Position numbers and translations under genes: made by a program
Notes under the pieces: generated by a model
Database searches by the model: none
The model's input: the letters and a program-made list of their open reading frames with translations, nothing else
What the model was told of the DNA's origin: nothing
Shown here: positions 1 to 10,165 of the stretch, piece after piece
Position numbering within the stretch: position 1 is the first letter of the stretch
Layout: each line of letters begins with the position of its first letter
Assembly: GCA_965637545.1 (NCBI GenBank)
Contig: OZ281496.1
Span: 17,732,001 to 17,796,000 of the forward strand
Direction of reading: 5' to 3'
Source of the DNA: Phallusia mammillata
Lineage: Eukaryota
DNA: 64,000 nucleotides

Positions 1-69
1 TTGCTATTGGGGAGCGTTACTGTTACAACTATAATTTGACCTAGTAAGCAATTAGTGGGGGATTGCGGC

Positions 70-162
70 AGACTGTGGCCGCGGGCCACATTATCATATA
101 CGACCGGAAACTGTCTGCGGGCCGCTCAAAATCCCGTCGCGGGCCGTATGTTGCCCGCCCCT
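70..162. mobile_element. Terminal fragment of a hAT-type MITE
   Basis: GC-rich GGCCCGCGGGCC-type subterminal motifs ending in GTTGCCCGCCCCTG, the reverse complement of a CAGGGGCGGGCAAC hAT-like TIR. The other end is not visible. Confidence 0.55.
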
Positions 163-399
163 GGTTTAACATTTACTATTCTTATAAAATCTAACACGCC
201 CTAACAATGGAAAAAAATAATTTCTAATCATCTATGCATTAAACATTTTTACAAACAGTACGTGAGCGTGTTTTCAAATATCCATTCGTGCTAATTTTTT
301 TTTTACAAAACTCACAAATGGAATTTCACTTTAGTGCAAGGCAACATACATAAATCAAAATCTTATATCAGTTTTTTTTTTTACTTTTGTTAAACCTGT

Positions 400-1010
400 A
401 TTACGTCGATGGAGTTTGTCTTTAATGTGTGTCCTGATGTGACTTTTTAACCTCCAGCTTGCGGTGAAGCGTTTTTCACAAACATCACATCGATGAGGTT
501 TTTCTTTGGTGTGTGTCAACATATGAGTTTTTAAATGACTACCTTGGTTATAGCATTTTTCACAAACATCACATCGAACATGTGTGATTTTAAGTTTCCA
601 CCTCGGTTAAATCTTTTTCCACAAACATTACACTGATGAGGCTTTTCTTTGGTGTGTGTCAACATGTGTGTTTTCAAATGACTACCTTGCGTAAATCTTT
701 TTTCACAAACATCACATCGATGAGGTTTTTCTTTGGTGTGTGTCAATATGTGAGTTTTCAAATGACTACCTTGCGTAAATCTTTTTTCACAAACATCACA
801 TCGATGTGGCTTGTCTTTTGTGTGTGTCAACTTGTGTGTTTTTAAATTTCCACTTTTGCTGAATCTTTTTTCACAAACATCACATTGATGAGGTTTCTCT
901 TTCGTAAACATGTGTTTTTAAAAATGTACGGATGGCTGTAATCGTATGTTGTCGTATATTTCAACTTTTAATAAACAGTTTCTTGCAAACATCACTTTGC
1001 TTAGAACACA
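400..1010 (-). pseudogene. Tandem C2H2 zinc-finger exon, frameshifted
   Basis: ORF 531..911 has 28-aa units CDVCEKRFxQGSHLKTHxLTHTKEKPH. A ~25-nt deletion at ~580 (CACATGTT|CGATGT) shifts the frame. Two more fingers continue in another frame (RCDVCEKCYNQGSHLKTHMLTHTKEKPHRCDVCEKRFTASWRLKSHIRTH), and a decayed finger lies at ~920-1010. Confidence 0.85.
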
Positions 1011-2499
1011 AATCTTGAGAATCCATTTCTCTTCAAGTTATTTAGTCAAGTATAAAATATTTTCAACAATTATTTGACTTCCGAGTGCTGTAATCTGAAA
1101 CATGATTTTAGCATTTTACCAATAATTTCAACTGTTTTGTCGTTTGTTTGTCAAAACAAAAGAAAAATAACTCCTAAATTGTTTGACACAAATATAGTTG
1201 AACAAACTAATTACGTCCCGAAACGTAGAAACAGTCACATGAGTAATACATATTTCAATGAAATGTCTTTGCACTAAATTCCGGTTCAAACCATGCGGCG
1301 TGGCACCTTACCTACGACCCCTTCCATTTACACTGCAATTTTCGGTGCGTACCTACGTTTACTAAATGAAATGCTCGATTTCATTTTTAGCTTGCAGCAG
1401 CTGCAAATGACCATAAATTACCTCATAAATCTGTTGTTACAGTTTGAAGAAGCGTTGTATAAGTGTAAGTTAAATAATGTATCGTTTGTAAAAGTAATTT
1501 TGTATCTTGGTGATCAGACAGGATCGCAGGACGCTGTGGTCTAGAATAGATTAGGGACATGTTTGTCTTACTGTTTTGCTTTTATGTCTTCTAGTTCCAT
1601 TTGGTGGGTAGAATGTACAGCACCGGTTATTTAAATGCTCTGGTTATTTCAATTTAAATTCAAACATAAAAACATGTAAACATAGCAACGTGATAAATAA
1701 CTAAATTAGGAGCAAATAGCATACCCTCATTACACACTGTTTCAACACTCATAAAACAACAACATGCAATCATTACAATGTGATAAGTATTTAGCCTAAA
1801 TTTAAGTCAATTTGCGCACCATGATTTGTTTGTCTGTGCGGTTTTGGCAAGTTTCGCATCGTTTCGTAAAAGACCTACGTAGGAAATATCACGTATCAAG
1901 ATTTTTTTCAACCAGCTCATAACTATAGTTGACAAAACAAATTTTATGCGAAAAACAACTAATGTATTAGCGCATAGTATTTAACTTGCTACAGGTATTT
2001 TTTTGACAAAAATGCCGTTTTTTGAACTAGCTGCACAGATGCCTTCGTAGCTTTTAAAAACTCGTATACACACGGTTACAATAGAATGTTGACAAAACTA
2101 GACTATTACGTCTAACAAATTGGATTATAATTTGACACAAGGCTTCATATTCTTGAGATAGTGGATGGAGCGTTTTCGTAAACATCACCTTTTCTAAATG
2201 TTGCAAATGGCCAAACTGACTCACTCTACCGCGGTGGAGCCATTTGCCACAAAATAAAATCGATTAAACAGGGGTATTTGTAATGCTACAAAGTCTGAAC
2301 GAAACTACGCATTAAATTAAATACTTCCTAATGTAAAAAATGATTTTCCAAATGTACACGCACATACAAAGGTGTATTTACTTTATGGCATTTTCTGTAT
2401 CAACCAATCAAAAATAACCAAAACAGACACATGTATTGGCCCATGAGTGCCAACACAAAAAAATTTAAAAAAGGGTTTAAAAATTAAAAACACAAGTCA

Positions 2500-2790
2500 A
2501 AACAAAAACGCAAATCAAACTGAAAACGCAAATCAAAATGAAAACACAAGTTAAAATGAAAACGCAAATCAAAGTGAAAACACAAATGAAAATGAAAACG
2601 CAAATGAAAATGAAAACACAAATCAAAATGAAAACGCAAATCAAAATGAAAACGCTAATCAAAATGAAAACGCAAATCAAAATGAAAACACAAATCAAAA
2701 CGAAAACGCAATTTAAAATGAAAACACAAATCAAAATGAAAACGTAAATTAAAATGAAAACGCAAATCAAAATGAAAACGAGATTGAAAA
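2500..2790 (+). repeat. 18-bp minisatellite (AAAATGAAAACGCAAATC)n in left TIR, ~16 units
   Basis: Read directly; mirrored as the reverse complement at ~6968-7180. Confidence 0.95.
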
Positions 2791-3368
2791 CAAAGTTCGT
2801 TTTTTCGCCGTGGCCGAGGCATGCCAAGTGCCAGTTGCGAAAAAATGAAAGTGCGTTTTTCCGCCGTGGCCCATGAGTGCCAGTGCCAAATGTGACGTCA
2901 TATTTTGGTCACGGCTGAGTAACGTATTCGCGGTTGAACAGTTAGGTATGAGTGAAGTATATCCTTTTTTCCTTGCTGCACCCCTTTCAACTCACCAAAC
3001 AATTTTCGCACCCCCTTTCAAATCACCAACCATCTTTCGCTCCCCCTTCTGTAATTGCTTAAATAGAATAGACCTAACCAACCTTAATGATTCAGCATCC
3101 CCGCACCCCCTAGGAAAAGTTCTCGCACCCCTTGGTGGTGCGTGCACTCCTGGTGTAAAAGAACCAGAACCTGTAGCATTTGGGAACTGTACGCCTACGT
3201 TTGTTGTTGATTAATTATAAAACATACTGAATATCTAAAAATAAAACAATAACGATATATTGCAAGTGTTTTTTTAAAGATATATTCAATAAAAACTAAG
3301 ATCAATTACACGTTTTGAGCTTTTGACGTTGGCAGTTTGCACTCAGCATTTTGTCTCCGCAAACATAT

Positions 3369-4855
3369 ATGGCTGATTGGAAAGACGACGAACAACTGTT
3401 CCAGAAACTGAACTTGTATGTGGAACAGTCAATGAAAAGAACTGAAATTTTAGATTTTGTTGAAAAAGAATTTTCTGAATATTCCTGAAGCTTAAGAACC
3501 TTGTGTAGGCGCTTAAAGTATTTCAACATATCCTACACTGACAAGAGTGTTGCATTATCAGATGTTAAATCTGCAGTAGGAAAAGAACTTAAGGGTCCAG
3601 GTAAATGTTTGGGGTATCGTGCCATGCATCAGAAAATAAGACAACAACATCATTTGAAAGTTCCCAGGGAATTGGTATATGCTGTGCTTACTGACTTAGA
3701 TCCGGAAGGTCTTGAATTACGCCAGGTTGGAAAGCGCAAACTTGTCCCAAAAGGACACTTTACCAGCAAAGGACCAAATTGGGTTCACTCTCTAGATGGG
3801 CATTGCAAACTAATGGGATACCAAAGAAACACTTTTCCACTCGCTGTTTATGGATGTATAGACACTGCCAGCAGATAATTATTGTGGTTAAAGCTATGGA
3901 CAGACAACTGTGACCCTAAACTTGTTGGTCAGTGGTATCTTGAAAATCTCTATCAGTGCCGTACAATTGCTGCAAAAATAAGATTGGATAGGGGATCTGA
4001 GACTGGTGTAATGACAACTATGCACACATTTCTTAACAGTTTTCACCAGGATTTTGAACAACCAGCAGACTCAGTAATTTATGGAAAATCTACAGCAAAT
4101 CAGGTAGATTATTTGAACATTATTTTGAAACCAATTTTGAACTAACCTATATGTTTAAAACACTTAGATTGAAAGGTGGTGGAAGGAGTTGCATGAAAGA
4201 CTTGAGAAATTTTGTAAACATAAGTTAATGTTTTTAAAAGATGAAGGTCATTATAACCCAAGCAACAAAATACACCGGTAAACTTTAATTAGTTTTTTTT
4301 TAAGTTATAATACAGTAGGCATGTGTTTGTAGGGATATTCTTGCATTCATATTTATTCCATTGTTGGAGAAAGAAATGAAAATATTTGCTGATAATTGGA
4401 ACTCATCAGGCATCAAAAAGGAACAAGGCTTCTTGATGGAGTACCAAACCATATTTATGACTTTCCTGAAAAATATGGACTACAAGAATGTGGTACTTAT
4501 TTCAGCACATCATTTTTGAGCATAGCTGTAGTTGATTATGTATTTTTTTTTACTTGACGCATCCATATTAGGATTGGATTGCCTATAACAACAGACTGTT
4601 ATGGTAAAAAAAATAGTTTACAATACCACCAGGAACATGTTGGAACTATTTTGTATGGCTATTATGAAAATTGAATTATGGTATTTAGGACATACAGTGA
4701 CAGAAACACAATTGGAGCAAGTGGCCGAGTTGTCCGGTGTACTGGAGGCTCCAAGGGACTACTTAAATGAAAACATAAGGACTTTGATGCAATCCAAAAT
4801 TGGAGATCCGAAATTGATTGAAAATTGTAACTGTACTGATGCATTTTGTTTTTAA
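3369..4855 (+). pseudogene. Spliced IS3/integrase-core DDE transposase, disrupted
   Basis: ATG at 3369 (MADWKDDEQL..). In-frame stops at ~3486 and 3876. Motifs GPNWVHSLDGHCKL..YGCIDTASR (D), IRLDRGSETG (D) and, after a GT-AG intron near 4102-4165, NQ-IERWWKELHE (E). Further exons encode DILAFIFIP..WNS..GVPNHIYDFPEKYG and ..VAELSGVL.. Confidence 0.85.
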
Positions 4856-5605
4856 AGCAAAGCATTGGCGAAGATGAAGACTTGTAGTTCATGACCAGCC
4901 TGTATTGTTTTGTATGTTTTATTTCTAAGAATTGAAAGTGAACATGTTTTCAAAGTAACACAATGACATGGTGTGATATGTGAAGACACGAGGTATTCGG
5001 ATATGGCAAGGTAACACATGTGGTTTAGCATTAGTACCATGGAGTATAAAAGGAATGGTTGTAATACTATAACGCTTTTCAGCATAGGTAACAAAAATCT
5101 GCAAATAAACAGGCAAATGAATTCTGAACAAAAGAACAATATTACTACAGTGATAACTTAAACCAATGCAGGCACAGTTATCTTAAAATTAAAAATGGAA
5201 CTTGAATGAAATATACAATTGTAAGTGTAACAATAAAAATCCCTTACAAACTTTCTAACCCTGTCAACTGACAATATTTATTACACTGATGGCTTTCAAT
5301 AAATGAGTCAATTGCCTTGGTGGCTAAATTTCCAGTGCAAAACAAAAAGGTCCCCTTTTCAGTTGTAAGAGATTGTGAAGCGATTTCTGGGTCAGTAGAA
5401 ACTTGTTGTCCTCCCTGAATATCAGTAAGCAGAAGTTGTCGGTTGCTGATAAGGAAACTGAAATGTGCCAAACAAAGGGCTTTTTGGCAAACCTCAGTCT
5501 CCTCAGACCCACAAACTGTGCCATCATTTGAAAGATATTTGTGAAATGTTGAATTTATTAGCTCTTCAACTGTCACAAATTCATTATCTGTTGTATCTCT
5601 GCTAT

Positions 5606-5749
5606 CACAAGTTTGGGAAATGTTTATTTCCAGGCTGAAATCAGTTGACAAACTTTTAAAAAACAAATATATTTCGCTAAAAAAGCATCTTCAGTGTCTT
5701 ATTCAAATAGAATCTTTTAAGGCAACAGAATTGTAGGGGATTCCTCCAG
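5606..5749 (-). mobile_element. 144-bp Penelope-like mini-insertion with 10-bp TSD
   Basis: Flanked by TCTCTGCTAT at 5596-5605 and 5750-5759. Removing it restores KIYLGIINSRDTTDNEFVTVEE in frame. It contains a hammerhead motif, and its tail (TTTGTCAACTGATTTC) resembles the pLTR end of the Penelope at 23-27 kb. Confidence 0.8.
5660..5700 (-). ncRNA. Minimal type I hammerhead ribozyme motif
   Basis: Minus strand reads AAGACA CUGAAGA U GCU-UUUUU-AGC GAAA UAUAUU UGUUUU: 6-bp stem I, 3-bp stem II, near-palindromic stem III, AUU cleavage triplet. Confidence 0.65.
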
Positions 5750-6967
5750 TCTCTGCTATTTATTATTCCAAGATAAATTTTGTTGTAAGCTGGTATGTAA
5801 CCATATTCATCAGCACATTTTTCAGTAACAACTTTTCCCAACTGGGCAGCAAAATTGGCGGCCAGTGTGTGCATTTGCACAATTTTCTTGTATGTTCTTC
5901 AGGGCCCTGTTTTGTTTTGGAAAGCAGCTCCAAAGTTTCAGGGAGATATCGCTTAACCACCCAAACACCGGGAAAATCTTTAGATGAAGACCTTGCCTTG
6001 AATGCTCTGCGGAAACCACCCTCTCCAAACTTCTCTTCCTCTATTTTGAAGTCAACACTGGTTTCACTGCCCCACATCATCTCATCAATTTTGAATTGGG
6101 AGATCATTATATTAGTAGAGGAAGACTGCACAGCACTGCCAAGTTTCATCATGTCAAAAATAGACAGGCTTTTTGGTACATGATTAAAACATACTCTTTT
6201 TGGAGATGGCCCACATGTAGGTTTACTTAGTCGTATTCTTTTTTTAATTTCAGGCAATGAGATATTTTCATTAGAAGAAACTGGAGTTTCAATTGTGTTT
6301 GATACAGCACCTTCTTTATTGTTTGACATAAAACGAATATGAATAACTTTTAAATTTGGTATTTGTTCAAACAACTGGCAGGAAGGTCCCTGCTCCCCAG
6401 CGAGTACATCACAGTCCATATGTTTAAGGGAAAAGTGTAAGCTACATGCTTGTTTAATGTTTTCCAAAGAAACACTTTCAAAGTTATAGGGTACAAATTC
6501 ACGAGCACCGACTTTGGCATATTTTTGAGATTTGCCGGAAACTTCCGAACTACATCTTTGCACTGTCAAATACTTTTTGTCCAAGATATCTGAATTATCT
6601 TGCCCTTTTTTTCTGGTTTACTTGTTCTTTTATCTTTCATTTGCATTAGAATTTTTTTCCAGGTTTCTGTCATTTTTTAATCTTCAGTACAAAGTTGCTG
6701 CACATATAAAATAAGCAATAGCGGTTACTGGGCTTTGCAATTTACCGTTATTGTTATATTTTTAGGTATTCAGTATGTTTTGCAATTTTACAATGTTTTA
6801 CAAAACAACAACAAACGTAGGCGTACAGTTCCCAAATGCTACAGGTTCTTAATTCTTATACACACTGTTCACCCGCGAATACGTTACTCAGCCGTGACCA
6901 AAATATGACGTCACATTTGGCACTGGCACTTGGCACGCCTCGGCCACGGCGAAAAAACGAACTTTGT

Positions 6968-7180
6968 TTTGCGTTTTCATTTTGATTTGCGTTTTCATTT
7001 TGATTTGCGTTTTCATTTTGATTTGCGTTTTCATTTTAAATTGCGTTTTCATTTTGATTTGTGTTTTCATTTTGATTTGCATTTTCATTTTGATTTGCAT
7101 TTTCATTTTGATTTGCGTTTTCATTTTGATTTTGATTTGTGTTTTCATTTTGATTTGCGTTTTCATTTTGACTTGCGTTT
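6968..7180 (-). repeat. 18-bp minisatellite in right TIR, ~12 units
   Basis: Reverse complement of the 2500-2790 array. Confidence 0.95.
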
Positions 7181-8377
7181 TTAATTTTTAAACCCTTTTT
7201 TAATTTTTTTTGTTATGGCACTCATGGGCCACCATACATATGCTGAGCTTACTTTGGGAGAAGGGTTGGTAGCCTAAAGTCACCACACGGGCAGTCAGTC
7301 AAGCGGAACGGGCGACGGTTTTTCTTGCCAGTGTAACGGTTGCAACATTATTGTTCATGATAACGATAGCATGTTATTTCGCAATAACGTTTCGCACCAC
7401 GAAAAGGAAGTGGTTACCCTCATTTCTGCAGAGACTAATGTTTATATTTCCGTTTCTATGGCAGTCATAAGTTATTTTCAGCCATTTTTCGGGTTCCAGA
7501 AAGATCTAACAGTAAACATAGTATTTATTCCCTTTTGACACATATTTCCGTCGGCATTTTCAGTGTTTCCGCAGTCGTGATTCGTGTAGAACGCGTCGTT
7601 TCCACCCTGTGTAAAAAGCATATGGTGTTCACTAAAAGGCGCTATGGCACTATAAGTTACATGGCTACCTTAAAATACATAATATAGGTAATATGAGAAA
7701 AAGAATTCGTACACCGGCTTATGTTTCGCATTGTTATATAAGCGTGGACTTTGATGTTTTCGGCCTGCTATTTTGGGGCTTCTATTGGACTTCTATTTTT
7801 CACTGCTATTTTCCAATTGTTACTAGCTGATCAAGAGCTAGACTGACGATATCGCCTAAAGCAAATATTCAAGAAAATACAGAGTATTAATCAACTCTGT
7901 GTGTGCCTAACATTATGAGATAGTGCTATGAACCGAGCTGAGATCAGGGGATTGACTCGACGTAGGTCCGCCAGGTTCGAAAGACTTTCTAACTATTCTA
8001 GACATCATAGACGAGCCATAAACCGTGAAGACGACGAAGAAGACATTATCCGAGCCGAGAGACGTACACCGTCGCTCTCTGCTGTTGCTAGACGCGAGGT
8101 CAATCGTTTGTCTGTAGCACAGCACGCAGCACCGACTAAACCATTACTGGTCACGCCCAGTGGAAGACGAGTCTTCAGTTATCAACTTATCTATTCCCTT
8201 GAGACGCCATACTTGCCGCCTAACGGGCCCCAGAGAAGGAGGCGTTACACCAGTGCTTCTACGTATTACTATATATTCGAAAACGTATCAAAGTGCCGGT
8301 TGTAATAATGTCATATTTGAGTAAAACATACATGGCACTGTACAAACGTATGAAAATATTGATGTTTATTACCCGTC

Positions 8378-8728
8378 AAGGCCACCTATAGCATAAAGTC
8401 AGCACACGGGCTACGCGCATATACGAGATAACTTGTTGTAAGTTTAGCTTTATATTCGCAGGAATAATGGACATCTTCGTCCAAAAAATAAAATCTTTAT
8501 GTAGCAAAGGCTTCACAGCATCAAAATATTCCAAAATATTAACGTTTATCATGCTTTAAAGCCACCTAACAGGGTGGTAGCATTTGGTCACCACACGGGC
8601 ACTTGGAAAAGTCACCACACGGGCTACGCGCATATACGAGATAACTTGTTCTACGTTTTGCTTTATATTCGCAGGAATAATGGACATCTTCGTTCCAAAA
8701 ATAAAAGCTTTATGTAGCAAAGGCTTCA
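8378..8728 (+). repeat. Local tandem duplication of a ~140-bp block with the GTCACCACACGGG motif
   Basis: AAAGTCA(G/C)CACACGGGCTACGCGCATATACGAGATAACTTG..AAAGGCTTCA occurs at ~8395-8515 and ~8608-8728. The motif also occurs at ~7277 and ~8586. Confidence 0.85.
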
Positions 8729-10165
8729 TCTGATTTAAAAATCTGCTGTCGTATTTTCTTGATGAATACAGCTGCTCCGCTCCTTGACTGTTGAAAACTC
8801 CATGCAATTCAGGTATATTCGTAATACGCCTCAAAACTTCCTTTTCACCTTTCGTATTACTTTCATGAAATCGATCAAAAAGACACAAATGTATAGAACT
8901 TTTGGTAATTGGGTGTGCATCTTGATCTGCATTTTTTTCTGCTACAGGATTGACAATCCAAGGAAACGAGATGCGCAACATTTTTTTCTGCACCAGCGCG
9001 ACGTTTTCGTCAGTTGGAGCAGTTACCATGCCATCATGAGGGTGAAACATCTTGTGCTTTCGTTTGTTTCCGTGTGCAACCACCATGTTTGCCATATCGA
9101 TGACTACAATATTGGGCTGGTGTTTCATTGACAGAAGTATGTCGACAAAGTCACGTGGATTCTCTGCCCGAAGTACAAACTTCATCGCATAAACTACTCC
9201 GTGCGGACAAACAGCAGTAGCCCAACCTCCAGAGCATCCCCATATCTTTTTTAACGCCATTTTGAATTTTTCGTCGTCTTTGCAGATGATTTTGTTTATT
9301 GCCATGATTATGTCAACTTTGGACCCTTTTGTTGTTACACCCAATTGTTTGGCAAACCCTGACACCTCTTTGCTTGTCGATTGGGTTTAGAAGTTCCACA
9401 AGCCGTTCATCAGTGATAACTTTACAATCAGTTTCCAAATCTTCAATGTTGTTATTATTTGTACATTTCCGGTGTTCAGTGTTTATTACCACATTTCCTT
9501 TTCGTTTTTTTTCAAAACAGCGCACTGAAGCATACGCGAGATAACACTTATATAGGGCGTGTCAAAAATAACAGTGCAGGGGAAAATCTCTTTTGGAGTT
9601 TTCAAAAATTTGAACCGATTTAAAACCGCAAACCGGTTCGGACCGGATAATTTGTTCGAACCGGAACAAAATCCGAACCGAACCTGAACCCATATGACAA
9701 GCGCGACTCCCTGGTCTTAACACTGACAGACTAAATGCTGCATTGCTTGTGAGCTTGTCACCCACTAAACTCCGACTAATCATCAAGCTCAGGCTTTACA
9801 TCCTAATTTTAGTTCTTTTTCTATTGTGGTTTTGTCACAATACGGTGGTCTCCCCCCCAGAAACAATTTTAAGGTGGGCCATGAGCTGCAAAAAGATAAG
9901 TACTGGTTTAAACAACATTCTGTGTAAGTGTGACCCTAAATCAATTACGTAATGCAGTATATGTTAATAAATTTTACCGTGTTACCTTACCAGTGCAAAG
10001 TTTGGAAAGAAAGATTCGGATACAGTCGAATTTCGCACAACCATACGTTGTTCCATTGTAACTGTGAGTTGCCATTCACTTACAAATTTCGACAGTGCAG
10101 AAACATGATGTTTCCATAAAAGTTCACACAACGGAGCAACGTCATCAAGAATACAAAAATTTTAG
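8600..10165 (-). pseudogene. KDZ (Kyakuja/Dileera/Zisupton)-type, HMGXB3-like transposase relic
   Basis: ORF 8556..9365 has WGCSGGWATAVCPHGVVYAMKFVLRAE.PRD.VD.LLS.KHQPNIVVID, LFDRFHESN and FNSQGAEQL, preceded across a frameshift by a SAP-like segment (LLNPIDK..FAKQLGVTTKGSKVDII). An exon-like segment ending in GTAAG lies at ~9990-10165. Family assigned from remembered motifs. Confidence 0.65.

Larger units (their letters stand above)
5244..6620 (-). pseudogene. Alpha-kinase (eEF2K/TRPM7-type atypical kinase), disrupted
   Basis: Motifs FGEGGFRRAFKA, WVVKRY, VTVEE, HKYLSNDG, LAHFSF..LLLTDIQG..TDPEIAS, GNL..AI..F..SHQCNKYC. A 1-nt frameshift lies near 5880 (HTRK/VQMHTL), and a 144-bp insertion at 5606-5749. 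Confidence 0.92.
2434..7236. mobile_element. 4.8-kb TIR DNA transposon, IS3EU-like, carrying a DDE transposase and an alpha-kinase
   Basis: Left end TAT--TGGCCCATGAGTGCC; right end read inward TATGGTGGCCCATGAGTGCC. 6-bp flanks CACATG (2428-2433) and CATATG (7237-7242). Long inverted repeats ~2434-3265 and ~6733-7236. TAYGG..CCRTA ends with a 6-bp TSD match my recollection of the IS3EU superfamily, so the family call is less certain than the element boundaries. Confidence 0.85.

Noticed and set aside
2500-2790. Possible CRISPR-like array (also 20620-21125 and 35689-36061)
   Set aside because: Units are contiguous with no unique spacers, there are no cas genes, and the DNA is eukaryotic.
2477-2827. 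ORFs of (FILICV)n and (MKTQIK)n here and at 6888-7191
   Set aside because: Translations of a stop-free 18-bp minisatellite in the TIRs; no evidence of coding.
3369-4855. Bacterial IS3 contamination
   Set aside because: The transposase has GT-AG introns and the element is embedded among eukaryotic genes and MITEs.
4925-5131. Minus-strand ORF with LHG..AKPHVLPC, faintly like a KDZ FH..H..C motif
   Set aside because: No downstream acidic catalytic motif; it lies in the 3' gap between the two element genes and is probably chance.
9550-9720. AACCG/CCGAAC-rich patch starting TAGGGCGTGTCAAAA
   Set aside because: Probably a MITE fragment inside the KDZ relic, but no second TIR or TSD could be supported.
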